64,000 nt of DNA from Steroidobacteraceae bacterium (GTDB taxonomy: Bacteria > Pseudomonadota > Gammaproteobacteria > Steroidobacterales > Steroidobacteraceae), in NCBI GenBank assembly GCA_035567075.1, contig DATMRC010000112.1, forward strand, positions 5,805-69,804, read 5' to 3'. Positions 10,062 to 20,295 of this stretch are shown here, in pieces; position 1 is the first letter of the stretch, and every line of letters starts with the position of its first letter. Position numbers and translations under genes: made by a program. Below the pieces are notes generated by a model. That model was not told where the DNA came from. It made no database searches and worked only from the letters and a program-made list of their open reading frames with translations.

Positions 10062-10298
10062 TTTTTAAGCGCTGAAGCGTGTTGAGCGCCACTTCTACGT
10101 GAGGTTGGCGGGAAACCTGCGAGTTCGCAGCATAAACGCCGATTTTAGACGAAGATCCCAGCATCGAGTACCTGTAGTCCAATACAGGAAAACCTCCTAA
10201 CAGATTGATTCCCCTGACAGGCGTTATCGCAGCGCGGCGCATATCTCCAGAATGTGACCTAAGTCACTGTCGGCACGGGTTTTTTTTAACTTAACCCG

Positions 10299-10328
10299 TT
10301 GACACTGCGAGGCAGCGCTCCCTATAGT
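10299..10328 (+). promoter_or_regulatory. Candidate sigma70 promoter of the dcw cluster (Pmra)
   Basis: TTGACA (10299-10304), an 18-nt spacer, then TATAGT (10323-10328). It lies 53 nt upstream of the mraZ ATG. Confidence 0.6.
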
Positions 10329-10336
10329 GGCATCCG

Positions 10337-10361
10337 GTGGGAAATTGTGGGAGAGAATGGG
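10337..10361 (+). promoter_or_regulatory. Candidate MraZ operator (three direct repeats)
   Basis: GTGGG-aaatt-GTGGG-agaga-ATGGG with exact 10-bp phasing, between the -10 box and the mraZ start. This matches the TGGG-N5-spaced repeat architecture known for the E. coli MraZ operator. Confidence 0.6.
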
Positions 10362-10380
10362 TTTAAACGCCCATACAAGA

Positions 10381-10830
10381 ATGTTCCGGGGTGCCAACAA
10401 ACTAACTCTCGATGTAAAAGGCCGGCTGGTCATGCCGACCCGGTATCGCGAGCGGCTGCAGGAGCGTTGCGGCGGCAATCTGGTGGTCACCGTCGACAAG
10501 GACCAATGCCTGCTGATCTATCCCTTGCCGGATTGGGAAGACATCGAGCGAAAACTGACCAAATTGCCCACCTTGGATCCCCGCACACGGGGGCTGCAGC
10601 GCTTGATGGTGGGTTACGCCACCGATTTGGAACTGGATGGACACGGGCGTCTGTTATTGCCAGCGAACCTGCGGGAGTTCGGCCATTTGACGCGCGACGC
10701 CATGCTGATCGGACAAGGTTTGCGGTTTGAATTGTGGGACGAGGCGAAATGGAATGAGCGGCGCGATGAATGGCTGGCGAGTGGCGAGAGCAGCAATTTG
10801 CCGGGCGAACTTGACACGCTGTCGTTCTAG
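10381..10830 (+). CDS. mraZ: Transcriptional regulator MraZ
   Basis: MFRGANKLTLDVKGRLVMPTRYRE is the canonical MraZ N-terminus (two SpoVT/AbrB-like repeats). The listed ORF start 10327 would place the operator repeats inside the CDS, so it is rejected. Confidence 0.93.
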   Translation: MFRGANKLTLDVKGRLVMPTRYRERLQERCGGNLVVTVDKDQCLLIYPLPDWEDIERKLTKLPTLDPRTRGLQRLMVGYATDLELDGHGRLLLPANLREFGHLTRDAMLIGQGLRFELWDEAKWNERRDEWLASGESSNLPGELDTLSF

Positions 10831-10842
10831 CCGGACGGCGCG

Positions 10843-11793
10843 GTGCACAGCGGGGGCTTTCACACACCGGTCTTGCTACCACAGGTACTGGCTGCGTTGA
10901 ACATACAGGCGAGTGGCACTTACATGGATGCCACGTTTGGCCGGGGCGGACATGCAGAGGCGATTTTGCAGAATCTCATCGCGAATGGCCGGCTGCTTTG
11001 TCTCGATCGCGATGCCGCGGCGGTGGCGGATGCCCGAGCCCGATTCTCCAAGGATCCGCGAGTGACGGTGTTCCACGCGCGCTTCTCTTCCCTGGCGGCC
11101 TGCGCCGACCAGGTGCAGCCCGGACTCAGGTTGGATGGCATCCTGCTCGACCTCGGCGTGTCGTCGCCGCAGATCGACGATGCGGCGCGCGGCTTCAGTT
11201 TCATGCAGGACGGCCCGCTCGACATGCGCATGACGGCAGGCGAGGGAGTGAGCGCCGCCGATGTGGTGAATCACGCGTCGCTCGATGAACTGATTCGAAT
11301 CTTCCGCGAGTATGGCGAAGAGCGTTTGGCGCCGCGCATCGCGCGCGCCATCGTGGCGGACCGCCAGGTCAAGCCCTTCGAGCGCACCGTCGAACTCGCG
11401 CAGATGATCGCCAGAGTCGCTCGCAGCCGCGAGCGCCACAAGCATCCGGCCACCCGCGTATTCCAGGCTCTGCGCATCCATGTCAACGCGGAGCTGCAGG
11501 AACTCAAGACTGCGCTCGAGGCTGCGCTGCAGCGATTGGCCCCTGGCGGGCGGCTCGCAGCGATCAGCTTTCATTCACTGGAAGATCGCATGGTCAAACA
11601 GTTCATGCGCCGCCACTCGCTGGCCGATCCCATGTATGCCGGCCTGCCGCACATCCCGGCACACGCCCGCCCGAAGCTGAAGATCGTCGGCAAATCGGTC
11701 GAGCCGGATGCGGACGAGTGCAGCAGCAATCCACGCGCCCGCAGTGCGCGCCTGCGCGTGGCCGTTCGTCTCGATGAAGGAATCGCCGCATGA
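10843..11793 (+). CDS. rsmH: 16S rRNA (cytosine1402-N4)-methyltransferase
   Basis: HTPVLL...DATFGRGGH...LLDLGVSSPQ...ISFHSLEDR motifs. GTG start. Confidence 0.93.
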   Translation: MHSGGFHTPVLLPQVLAALNIQASGTYMDATFGRGGHAEAILQNLIANGRLLCLDRDAAAVADARARFSKDPRVTVFHARFSSLAACADQVQPGLRLDGILLDLGVSSPQIDDAARGFSFMQDGPLDMRMTAGEGVSAADVVNHASLDELIRIFREYGEERLAPRIARAIVADRQVKPFERTVELAQMIARVARSRERHKHPATRVFQALRIHVNAELQELKTALEAALQRLAPGGRLAAISFHSLEDRMVKQFMRRHSLADPMYAGLPHIPAHARPKLKIVGKSVEPDADECSSNPRARSARLRVAVRLDEGIAA

Positions 11794-12068
11794 ATCAGAG
11801 CCGCTGGCTGAGCTTGTTGTTGCCGTTGTTGTGGCTGGCGGTGCTCGGCTCCGCCGTGCAGGTGATCTACGCGCGCCACACGGCGCGCGACACCTTCGTG
11901 CGCTTGGAGAAGCTCAACGTCGAACGCGACGCGCTGGACATGGAATGGGGACGTTTGCAGCTGGAGCAAAGCTTCTGGTCCTCGAATGCCTTTGTCGAAC
12001 GCGTCGCGAACGCCAAAATGAAAATGAGCCTGCCGCAAACCAAAGATGTGCGGATCGTGCGGCCGTGA
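11790..12068 (+). CDS. ftsL: Cell division protein FtsL
   Basis: 92-aa bitopic protein with one TM segment and a coiled-coil. Position between rsmH and ftsI; ATGA overlap with rsmH. Confidence 0.88.
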   Translation: MNQSRWLSLLLPLLWLAVLGSAVQVIYARHTARDTFVRLEKLNVERDALDMEWGRLQLEQSFWSSNAFVERVANAKMKMSLPQTKDVRIVRP

Positions 12069-13813
12069 AATCACGCAGCGGCGAAAGCGATACACAGGCG
12101 AAGGCATATCGCTGGCGCTCGGCGGTGGTCTTAAGTCTGGTCGTGCTGGGCGCGATCGGGCTGGCCGCGCGCGCGGTTGAGCTGCAGTTGCTGGATCACG
12201 GGTTTCTCGCCAAAGAGGGCGCCGAGCGCTCGATGCGGGTGGTCAAGATTGCCGCGCATCGCGGCGCCATCACGGATCGCTACGGCGAGCCGCTGGCGAT
12301 CAGCACACCGGTGGACAGCATCTGGGTCAATCCCCAGGAACTCAACGACAATATCGACCAGCTGCCAAAGCTTGCGCGTGCGCTGAAGGAGGATCAGCAG
12401 ACCCTCGCGCGGCGCATCACCAGCAATCTCGACCGCGAATTTCTCTATCTGCTGCGTCACATGCCGCCCGATCAGGCGGCGCGCATCAAGGCATTGGGAA
12501 TTCCCGGCGTGTACCTGCTGCGCGAATACCAGCGCTACTACCCCGCCGGCGAAGTGGCCGGACATGTGGTCGGATTTACAACCATCGATGATCTCGGTCA
12601 GGAAGGTCTGGAACTGGGATTCGATCAATTGCTCAATGGCGCGGACGGCGCGAAACGCGTCATCCAGGATTCTCTCGGCCGTTACGTGGAGAACGTCGAA
12701 AGCATCCGCGCGCCGCGGCCCGGCCGCGACCTCGTCACCAGCATCGACATGCGCATTCAATATCTGGCTTACCGTGAACTCAAGTCTGCGATGCAGGAGT
12801 ATCGCGCGCGCGCCGGTTCGGTGATCGTGCTCGACGTCGACACGGGCGAAGTGCTGGCGATGGTGAATCAACCCTCATATAACCCGAACGACCGCGAGCA
12901 ACTCAAGCCGGGTCTGTATCGCAACCGCGCCGCCACCGACATCTTCGAGCCCGGCTCCAGCATCAAGCCCTTCATCATGGCCGCCGCGCTCGCCTCCGGG
13001 CAGTACCGTCCCGACAGCGTGGTGGATACATCTCCCGGGTTCATAAAAGTTGGTACCAAGGTGTTCGAGGATGAACACAATCTGGGCGCCGTCGATCTGG
13101 CGACGATCCTGGCAAAGTCCAGCAACGTCGGCACCGCGAAGGTGGCGCTGTCTCTGCAGCCCGAACATATTTGGCGCACGCTGACGGCGTTGGGATTTGG
13201 CCAGGTGACCGGCAGCAGTTATCCGGGTGAGTCGGCCGGCATGCTGAGCAATTACTCGCATTGGCGTCCCATCGGCATCGCAACGATGTCGCATGGCTAC
13301 GGCCTCTCGGTGACCCCCCTGCAATTGGCGCATGCCTACGCCACGATCGGTGCGGGCGGGGTGAAGCGTCCCATCTCGTTCGAGCGCGTTTCCGGTCCGG
13401 TGGCCGGAGAGCGTGTCATGGATCCCAAAGTGGCGCGTGAACTCGTGCAGCTGATGGAACAGGTGGTCGAGAAGGGCGGCACCGCCACGCGCGCGTCCCT
13501 CATCGGTTACCAGGTATCCGGAAAGACGGGTACCGCCTTCAAATCGATTGCGGGCGGTTATTCCACCGACCGGATCATGGCGGTATTTGCCGGGTTGGTG
13601 CCGGCGTCGCACCCGAAACTGGCCACGGTGGTGGTGATCGACGAGCCGAGCCGCGACCTGCAGCAGGGCGGCACGTTGGCCCAGGGAGGCTCGGTTGCCG
13701 CGCCGGTGTTCTCCAGCGTCATGTCCGGCACGCTGCGCCTGATGGACATCGCTCCCGATGACTTGCAAAACGTGCCGGCGGCGGCGCTGGTACAGGCGAA
13801 CGAAAACCCATGA
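12065..13813 (+). CDS. ftsI: Peptidoglycan D,D-transpeptidase FtsI (PBP3)
   Basis: GTG 12065 overlaps the ftsL stop (GTGA). It has a TM anchor, a PBP dimerisation domain, and transpeptidase motifs (STIKP-like SSIKP, SSN, KTGT). The listed ORF start 11708 lies inside rsmH/ftsL. Confidence 0.9.
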   Translation: MKSRSGESDTQAKAYRWRSAVVLSLVVLGAIGLAARAVELQLLDHGFLAKEGAERSMRVVKIAAHRGAITDRYGEPLAISTPVDSIWVNPQELNDNIDQLPKLARALKEDQQTLARRITSNLDREFLYLLRHMPPDQAARIKALGIPGVYLLREYQRYYPAGEVAGHVVGFTTIDDLGQEGLELGFDQLLNGADGAKRVIQDSLGRYVENVESIRAPRPGRDLVTSIDMRIQYLAYRELKSAMQEYRARAGSVIVLDVDTGEVLAMVNQPSYNPNDREQLKPGLYRNRAATDIFEPGSSIKPFIMAAALASGQYRPDSVVDTSPGFIKVGTKVFEDEHNLGAVDLATILAKSSNVGTAKVALSLQPEHIWRTLTALGFGQVTGSSYPGESAGMLSNYSHWRPIGIATMSHGYGLSVTPLQLAHAYATIGAGGVKRPISFERVSGPVAGERVMDPKVARELVQLMEQVVEKGGTATRASLIGYQVSGKTGTAFKSIAGGYSTDRIMAVFAGLVPASHPKLATVVVIDEPSRDLQQGGTLAQGGSVAAPVFSSVMSGTLRLMDIAPDDLQNVPAAALVQANENP

Positions 13814-15303
13814 GCAGCGCCCTCATGTGGTTGCTGGATGGAATCGCGAGCATTCCTCACAGCGAATCGAGAGTCAGCGATTTGACGCTCGACAGCCGCG
13901 ACGTGCGCGCCGGCAGCCTGTTCTTCGCATTGCCCGGCCGCAACGCGCATGGACTGGAGTTTGCGGCCGAGGCGGCAGCGCGCGGCGCCAGCGTGGTGCT
14001 GTGGGAGCCGCGCGCCGACCTGCCGGCCCCATCGCTGCCGGCAAGCGTGTTCGCGGCGGCGGTACCCAACCTGAAAAACCTGGTGGGCCGCATTGCCGAC
14101 CGGTTCTTCAGCTGGCCATCCTCCGGCTTGCGCATCACGGGGATCACCGGCACTAATGGCAAGACCACCTGCGCTTACTTGCTGGCGCAATGCCTGGAGC
14201 GATTGGGATTGCCTGCCGCGTACATCGGCACCATCGGCTGGGGACTGCCCAAAGCGCTGGCACAGCCCACGCATACGACCCCCGATGTGGTGACGGTGCA
14301 CCGCGAACTTGCGCAGCTGCGCGCCTCCGGAGTGCGTGAAGTGGCGATGGAGGTTTCCTCGCATGCACTCGATCAGGGCCGGGTGGACGGCGTGCGCTTC
14401 CACGTGGCGGCGTTCACGAATCTGACCCGTGATCATCTGGATTACCACGAATCAATGGCCGCCTATGGCGCCGCCAAAGCGCGTTTGTTTCAAATGCCGG
14501 ATCTCAAGCACATCGTGCTCAACATCGGCGATGAATTCGGCCGCGGTTTGGCGCAGACCTACAACGGCGATGCGTCGCTGACGGCAGTGTGGGTGGGAGC
14601 GGGCGATTCGGGCTGGTTGGCCGATCGGGCGCTGCACGCCACGGAAGTGCGGGTTGCGCCGCGGGGCATTTCCATGCAACTGGACGGCAGCTTCGGCAAG
14701 CTCGCAGTCAACACGCAGCTGATGGGCCGGTTCAACGCCGAGAATTCGTTGGTGGTGATCGCCTGCTTGCTGTCCCTGGGGATTCCAATCAGCGAGGCGG
14801 CCAGCGCGCTGGCCGACGCCGCGCCTGCTCCCGGACGGATGGAAGTGCTCAAGAGCGGCGCTCGCGACAAGGCGACCGCAGTGGTCGATTACGCGCACAC
14901 GCCCGATGCGCTGGCAAAGGCTTTGGGCGCGGCGCGCGAGCATTGCGCGGGAGCGCTGTGGTGCGTGTTCGGCTGCGGCGGCGACCGCGATCCCGGCAAG
15001 CGCCCCATCATGGGCGCCATCGCCGCCGATCTCGCCGATCAGATCATCGTCACCGACGACAATCCGCGTTCCGAAAATCCCCAGGCCATCACCGCGGCCA
15101 TCGTGGGCGACATCAAATCACGCAAGGTCAGGGTGATTCACGACCGCGGCGAGGCGATCGCCACCGCGCTCAACGAAGCGCAGCCGGTCGACCTCGTGTT
15201 GATCGCCGGCAAAGGCCATGAGGACTATCAGATTTACGGCGATACGCGCCGCGATTTCAGCGATCGACGCGAAGCGCTTCGCTACCTGGGAGCCGCCGCA
15301 TGA
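13810..15303 (+). CDS. murE: UDP-N-acetylmuramoyl-L-alanyl-D-glutamate--2,6-diaminopimelate ligase
   Basis: GITGTNGKTT P-loop and a DNPR motif (TDDNPRSE) typical of meso-DAP-adding MurE. dcw position. Confidence 0.93.
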   Translation: MSSALMWLLDGIASIPHSESRVSDLTLDSRDVRAGSLFFALPGRNAHGLEFAAEAAARGASVVLWEPRADLPAPSLPASVFAAAVPNLKNLVGRIADRFFSWPSSGLRITGITGTNGKTTCAYLLAQCLERLGLPAAYIGTIGWGLPKALAQPTHTTPDVVTVHRELAQLRASGVREVAMEVSSHALDQGRVDGVRFHVAAFTNLTRDHLDYHESMAAYGAAKARLFQMPDLKHIVLNIGDEFGRGLAQTYNGDASLTAVWVGAGDSGWLADRALHATEVRVAPRGISMQLDGSFGKLAVNTQLMGRFNAENSLVVIACLLSLGIPISEAASALADAAPAPGRMEVLKSGARDKATAVVDYAHTPDALAKALGAAREHCAGALWCVFGCGGDRDPGKRPIMGAIAADLADQIIVTDDNPRSENPQAITAAIVGDIKSRKVRVIHDRGEAIATALNEAQPVDLVLIAGKGHEDYQIYGDTRRDFSDRREALRYLGAAA

Positions 15304-16685
15304 AACGAACACTGCGCGACGCCGCGCGAATCACCGGCGGGCAATTGCTCGGCGAGGATCGTCCGTACGGCGCAGTGTCGACCGACAGCCGCACCTTGAG
15401 TCCCGGGGCGCTGTTCGTGGCGCTGCGCGGTCCGAACTTCGACGGCGCTGCTTTCGTTGCGGCGGCCGCGGCGCGTGGCGCCATCGGCGCGCTGGTCGAA
15501 CGCGCCGTGACCTCAAACCTGCCGCAGGTGATCGTGCCGGATTCGCTGCGCGCGCTGCAGGAGCTCTCGAAGGCGTGGCGCGCAGATTTCAATCTGCCGG
15601 TGGTGGTGGTCGCGGGCAGCAACGGCAAGACCACGGTCAAGGAAATGACTGCGGCAATTTTATCGCGCATGGGCCTTTGCATGGCGACCCACGGCAATCT
15701 GAACAATCACATCGGCGTGCCGGTCACGCTCATGCGCCTGGAGGCCGCGCATCGCAGCGCGGTGATTGAAATTGGCGCGAATCGCGTCGGCGATGTCGCC
15801 GGGCTCATGCAGCTGGCCCAGCCCACCGTCGGGCTCATTACCAACGCCGGCGCCGAACATCTGGAGGGATTCGGTAACCTCGATGGCGTGGCAAAGGGCG
15901 AGGGCGAAGCGGTGTCCTGTCTTCAAGCGCACGGCACCGCGGTGATCAACGCCGATGATGCGTACGCCGGCTACTGGCGCGGCGTGAGTGGCGCGCAAAC
16001 CATCGTTACATTCGGAGTGCATAAAGGTGCGGACTTCGCCGCGAAGCATGTCATTCAAGCGATTGAACGCGGCGAGTTCGCGACGCGCTTTACGCTGATC
16101 TCTCGCCTCGGCGAGCGGCAGATCATGCTGAAGGCGGGCGGCGCGCACAACATCGGCAACGCATTGGCGGCAGCCGCCGCGGCCAGCGCCGCCGGCGCCT
16201 CGCTCGAGGACATTGGCCTGGGGTTGGCCGACTTTCGCGCGGTCTCCGGACGCCTGCAGCTGAAAGCCGGCGCCCGCGACAGCTGGATCATCGACGATTC
16301 CTACAATGCCAATCCGAGCTCGGTGCGCGCCGGGTTGGAGGTGTTGCGTTCGCTCGCAGGCGTGACCTGGCTGGTGCTCGGGGACATGGCGGAACTTGGC
16401 GAATCCGCCGAGGACAGTCACGCCCACATGGGCGCTTACGCGCGCGAGTGCGGCATCAAGCGCCTGTTTGCACTCGGACCCTTGAGCTCGAGAGCGGTGG
16501 AGACCTTCGGATCCGGCGGCGAATGGTTCGTCGACGCCGACTCCTTGATCCGCCGCCTGCAGGCGGAGCTGTCTCCGGGCGTGACGGTGCTGATCAAGGG
16601 CTCGCGCATCAATCGCTTGGAACGGGTCGTACAAGCGCTGACCGGCGGCGGCGCTGGTTCCGGACCCATGATGAGGGCGAGCTAG
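15300..16685 (+). CDS. murF: UDP-N-acetylmuramoyl-tripeptide--D-alanyl-D-alanine ligase
   Basis: Mur ligase motifs (AGSNGKTT). dcw position; 4-nt overlap with murE. Confidence 0.92.
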   Translation: MKRTLRDAARITGGQLLGEDRPYGAVSTDSRTLSPGALFVALRGPNFDGAAFVAAAAARGAIGALVERAVTSNLPQVIVPDSLRALQELSKAWRADFNLPVVVVAGSNGKTTVKEMTAAILSRMGLCMATHGNLNNHIGVPVTLMRLEAAHRSAVIEIGANRVGDVAGLMQLAQPTVGLITNAGAEHLEGFGNLDGVAKGEGEAVSCLQAHGTAVINADDAYAGYWRGVSGAQTIVTFGVHKGADFAAKHVIQAIERGEFATRFTLISRLGERQIMLKAGGAHNIGNALAAAAAASAAGASLEDIGLGLADFRAVSGRLQLKAGARDSWIIDDSYNANPSSVRAGLEVLRSLAGVTWLVLGDMAELGESAEDSHAHMGAYARECGIKRLFALGPLSSRAVETFGSGGEWFVDADSLIRRLQAELSPGVTVLIKGSRINRLERVVQALTGGGAGSGPMMRAS

Positions 16686-16688
16686 ACC

Positions 16689-17774
16689 ATGCTGCTTCTA
16701 TTGACCGAATATCTGGCGCGATTCTACAGCGGCTTTCACGTCTTCCAATATCTCACGCTGCGCGGAATCCTCGCGGCGATGACCGCGCTCATCATGGCGC
16801 TGTTCATCGGGCCGCTGATGATTTCGCTCCTGAACCGCTATCAGATCGGCCAGCGGGTGCGCAGCGACGGCCCGCAAACGCATCTGCAAAAATCCGGCAC
16901 GCCGACCATGGGCGGCGGTCTGATCCTGGTGGCCATGGCGATCGGCACGCTGCTGTGGGCAGACCTGTCCAGCCGCTTCGTATGGATCCTGCTGGGAACG
17001 ACCCTGGCCTTCGGAGCGATCGGCTTTTATGACGACTATCTGAAGCTGGTGGTGGGCAACTCCAAGGGCTTGGCCGCGCGCTACAAGTATCTGGCGCAAT
17101 CGGCGGCGGGACTCACGGTTGCGCTGGCGCTGCATGGCTTGCATCAGGCGCCGGCGGAAACCTCCTTGTACGTGCCGTTCTTCAAGACCGTTGCCGTGCC
17201 CATGTCGACCATCGGATTCGTGGCGCTGGCCTACTTCGTCATCGTCGGCAGCAGCAATGCGGTGAATCTGACCGACGGCCTCGACGGATTGGCGATCATG
17301 CCGGCGGTGATGATCGCGGCGGCGCTCGGCGTATTCGCCTATGTCACGGGCAACATCAAGTTCGCCGGCTATTTGCAGATTCCCTACATCAACGGCGTCG
17401 GCGAGGTGCTCATATTCAGCGCGACCCTGGTGGGCGCCGGCTTGGGATTCCTGTGGTTCAACTCCTATCCCGCGCAAGTGTTCATGGGCGACGTGGGCGC
17501 GCTCGCGGTGGGCGCATCGCTCGGCACCATTGCCACCATCGTGCGCCAGGAAATCGTGTTTTTCGTGATGAGCGGCGTGTTCGTGCTCGAGACCGTCTCG
17601 GTGATCCTGCAGGTCGCATCCTTCCGGCTCACCGGCAAACGAATATTCCGCATGGCGCCGATCCATCACCATTTTGAACTCAAAGGCTGGGCCGAACCAA
17701 AGGTCATCGTGCGATTCTGGATCATCAGCTTCGTGCTGGTGCTGGCGGGCCTTGCAACCCTGAAGATCCGCTGA
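16689..17774 (+). CDS. mraY: Phospho-N-acetylmuramoyl-pentapeptide transferase
   Basis: 361-aa polytopic protein with [13 protein letters not shown] and APIHHHFE motifs. Confidence 0.95.
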   Translation: MLLLLTEYLARFYSGFHVFQYLTLRGILAAMTALIMALFIGPLMISLLNRYQIGQRVRSDGPQTHLQKSGTPTMGGGLILVAMAIGTLLWADLSSRFVWILLGTTLAFGAIGFYDDYLKLVVGNSKGLAARYKYLAQSAAGLTVALALHGLHQAPAETSLYVPFFKTVAVPMSTIGFVALAYFVIVGSSNAVNLTDGLDGLAIMPAVMIAAALGVFAYVTGNIKFAGYLQIPYINGVGEVLIFSATLVGAGLGFLWFNSYPAQVFMGDVGALAVGASLGTIATIVRQEIVFFVMSGVFVLETVSVILQVASFRLTGKRIFRMAPIHHHFELKGWAEPKVIVRFWIISFVLVLAGLATLKIR

Positions 17775-19111
17775 TGAGAAGCGTCGTCGTTGGTCTCGGC
17801 AAAACCGGCGCCTCGTGCGTGCGTTACCTCGCGAAGCGCGGCGACCGCGTGAGCGCCACCGATACCCGGCGCGCGCCGCCCGGCCTCGCCGAGCTCGGCG
17901 GCCTTGCGAAGTCGATCGATTTGCGTCTCGGCGGCTTCGATCTATCGCTGCTCGATGGCGCGTCGCAGGTGCTGATGTCCCCGGGCGTATCACTCGATGA
18001 GCCCATTGCAAAAGAGGCGCGCGCCCGCGGCATCGAATTGCTCGGCGATGTCGAGCTGTTCGCGCGCGCGGTACGCGGGCCGGTGATCGGAATCACCGGC
18101 ACCAACGGCAAGAGCACGGTCACCACCCTGGTGGCGCGCATGGCCGCCGCGGCAGGCCGCAGGGTACTGGCCGGCGGCAATCTGGGCGAGCCCGCGCTCG
18201 ATCTGCTCGAGGAACCGGCGGCGGATCTCTACGTGCTCGAGCTGTCGAGTTTTCAGCTGGAAAGCACATCGTCGTTGGCGCTCGAGGCTGCGGTGGTGCT
18301 CAACGTCACAGCCGATCACCTGGATCGATATCCCACGCTGGCGGCGTATGCGAATGCCAAGCAAAGAATTTTTGCCAATGCCGCCACGGTGGTGCTGAAC
18401 GCGGACGACCCGTGGGTGGCCGCGATGCAGGACCGGCGGTTTCGCAATCCCGCTGCCCGCACCGTCACTTTTTCCATCGCGCGCGCGGACACCGATTTTT
18501 CGCTGGCGCGCCATGGTGCGCAGATTTACCTCACGCGCCGCGGCGAGCCATTGCTCGATACGGCGCGCATGAAAATCTCCGGTCTGCACAACGCCGCCAA
18601 CGCGCTCGCGGCGCTGGCGCTCGGCGAGGCGGTGGGTTTGCCCACGGCAAAGATGCTCGAGGCGCTCGAATCCTTTCCCGGTTTGTCGCACCGCTCGTCA
18701 TGGGTCGCCGATATCAACGGCGTTCGCTACATCGACGATTCCAAGGGTACCAATGTGGGGGCGACCAGCGCCGCGGTCGCGGGCTTAGCCGGACCGTTGC
18801 TCATCATCGCCGGAGGCGAGGGCAAGGGGCAGGACTTCGCGCCGCTCGCCGCAGCGTTTCGCGGCAAGGTGCGCAGCGCCCTGCTGATCGGCAGGGATGC
18901 GCCGGCGCTCGCCGCCGCGCTCGAGGGAGTGTGCCCGACGAAGATCGTGGCATCGATGGAGGCGGCGGTGCTGGCCGCACATCGTGCCGCCGCGCCCGGA
19001 GACACCGTGCTGCTGTCGCCGGCCTGCGCGAGTTTCGACATGTTCCGCGACTACGGACATCGGGGCGATGTATTCGCCGCGGCGGTGCGCCAGCTGGAAG
19101 TCCTGCAATGA
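17774..19111 (+). CDS. murD: UDP-N-acetylmuramoylalanine--D-glutamate ligase
   Basis: GLGKTG Rossmann start and GITGTNGKST P-loop. dcw position. Confidence 0.93.
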   Translation: MRSVVVGLGKTGASCVRYLAKRGDRVSATDTRRAPPGLAELGGLAKSIDLRLGGFDLSLLDGASQVLMSPGVSLDEPIAKEARARGIELLGDVELFARAVRGPVIGITGTNGKSTVTTLVARMAAAAGRRVLAGGNLGEPALDLLEEPAADLYVLELSSFQLESTSSLALEAAVVLNVTADHLDRYPTLAAYANAKQRIFANAATVVLNADDPWVAAMQDRRFRNPAARTVTFSIARADTDFSLARHGAQIYLTRRGEPLLDTARMKISGLHNAANALAALALGEAVGLPTAKMLEALESFPGLSHRSSWVADINGVRYIDDSKGTNVGATSAAVAGLAGPLLIIAGGEGKGQDFAPLAAAFRGKVRSALLIGRDAPALAAALEGVCPTKIVASMEAAVLAAHRAAAPGDTVLLSPACASFDMFRDYGHRGDVFAAAVRQLEVLQ

Positions 19112-20295
19112 CGGTCGCCACGATGTCCTACGGAGTCCGTGCGCGCGAGCGCATGCCGTTCGCCTGGGATCCCATCACCGTGGGTTTGACCGCCGCGCTA
19201 TTGCTGGTGGGCCTGATCATGGTCACCTCGGCATCCATGTCGATTGCGGCGCGCAACATGGGCGATCCCTTTTACTTCCTCGAGCGGCAATTCATTTTTA
19301 CGATGGCGGGACTGCTGCTGGCGTGGGTGGTGACCCGCGTGCCGGTTCAGCTGTGGGACAAATACAGCCTGGCGCTGCTGTTGATTGCGCTGCTGTTGCT
19401 GACGTTGGTGCTGATCCCGGGCCTGGGCGCGCGGGTCAACGGCGCCCGCCGCTGGCTGCGGATCGGCGTACTCAATTTTCAGGTGTCCGAGCTCGCCAAG
19501 GTGCTGGTGTTGACCTGGGTCTGCAGCTACTGCGTGCGCAAGCGCGCCGAACTGGAGAGCACTCTGCCGGGTTTGGTGAAGCCCGTGTCGCTGCTGGCGC
19601 TGACCGGATTGCTGCTGCTGATCGAACCGGACTTCGGCGCCGCGACCGTGCTGTTCGCCACCGGCTTTGCCGTGCTGTTCGTGGCCGGCGCGCGCCTGCG
19701 CTACGTGGCGCTGTTGGTTTCCGCCGCGGTCCTGGTATTCGTGTTGCTGGCGCTGGCATCTCCCTATCGCCTGAAGCGCCTGTTGATTTTCTTGCATCCG
19801 TTCGACGATCCGTTCAACGGCGGCTTCCAACTCGCCCAATCGCTGATCGCGATCGGACGAGGCGCCTGGTTCGGCGTGGGTTTGGGCAGCAGCGTTCAAA
19901 AGCTGTTCTATCTGCCGGAAGCGCACACCGACTTCGTGTTCGCGGTGCTGGCTGAGGAACTGGGACTGGTCGGCGTGTTGGGCGTGATCGCCCTGTTTGT
20001 CGCGCTGGTGTGGCGCGCCTTCGGCATTTCACGCATGGCCGCGCAGGCGGGATTGCGCTTTCAAGCCTATCTGGCGATGGCCTTCGGCGTGTGGCTCGGG
20101 CTTCAGGCCATCGTGAACATCGGCGTCAACATGGGCGTGCTGCCGACCAAGGGATTGACGCTGCCGCTCTTGAGCTACGGGCGCAGCTCACTGCTCGTCT
20201 GTCTAGCCTGGCTCGGGGCGCTGCTGCGCATCTACCACGAGGTCAAATGCAGCTCGCGCTCCGCCGTGACCCGGCTGCCTGGAGGGACGCGATGA
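19108..20295 (+). CDS. ftsW: Peptidoglycan glycosyltransferase / lipid II flippase-family protein FtsW
   Basis: ATG 19108 overlaps the murD stop (ATGA). SEDS-family polytopic protein (FQVSELAK, PEAHTDFVF). The listed ORF start 18412 is inside murD. Confidence 0.92.
   Translation: MTVATMSYGVRARERMPFAWDPITVGLTAALLLVGLIMVTSASMSIAARNMGDPFYFLERQFIFTMAGLLLAWVVTRVPVQLWDKYSLALLLIALLLLTLVLIPGLGARVNGARRWLRIGVLNFQVSELAKVLVLTWVCSYCVRKRAELESTLPGLVKPVSLLALTGLLLLIEPDFGAATVLFATGFAVLFVAGARLRYVALLVSAAVLVFVLLALASPYRLKRLLIFLHPFDDPFNGGFQLAQSLIAIGRGAWFGVGLGSSVQKLFYLPEAHTDFVFAVLAEELGLVGVLGVIALFVALVWRAFGISRMAAQAGLRFQAYLAMAFGVWLGLQAIVNIGVNMGVLPTKGLTLPLLSYGRSSLLVCLAWLGALLRIYHEVKCSSRSAVTRLPGGTR

Noticed and set aside
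10275-10298. T8 run upstream of mraZ as a rho-independent terminator for rnpB
   Set aside because: The T-run forms the loop of the ACGGGTT/AACCCGT hairpin rather than following a stem. It also lies more than 200 nt past the rnpB 3' end.
16698-18011. Long antisense or out-of-frame ORFs inside core genes. Examples: 16698..18011, 25822..27246, 15660..16634, 10876..11574, 32339..33589, 50015..51196, 23637..24626.
   Set aside because: These are typical high-GC artefacts. They are Arg/Ala/Pro/Gly-rich low-complexity translations, and each is fully overlapped by a gene with strong family signatures on the other strand or in another frame.
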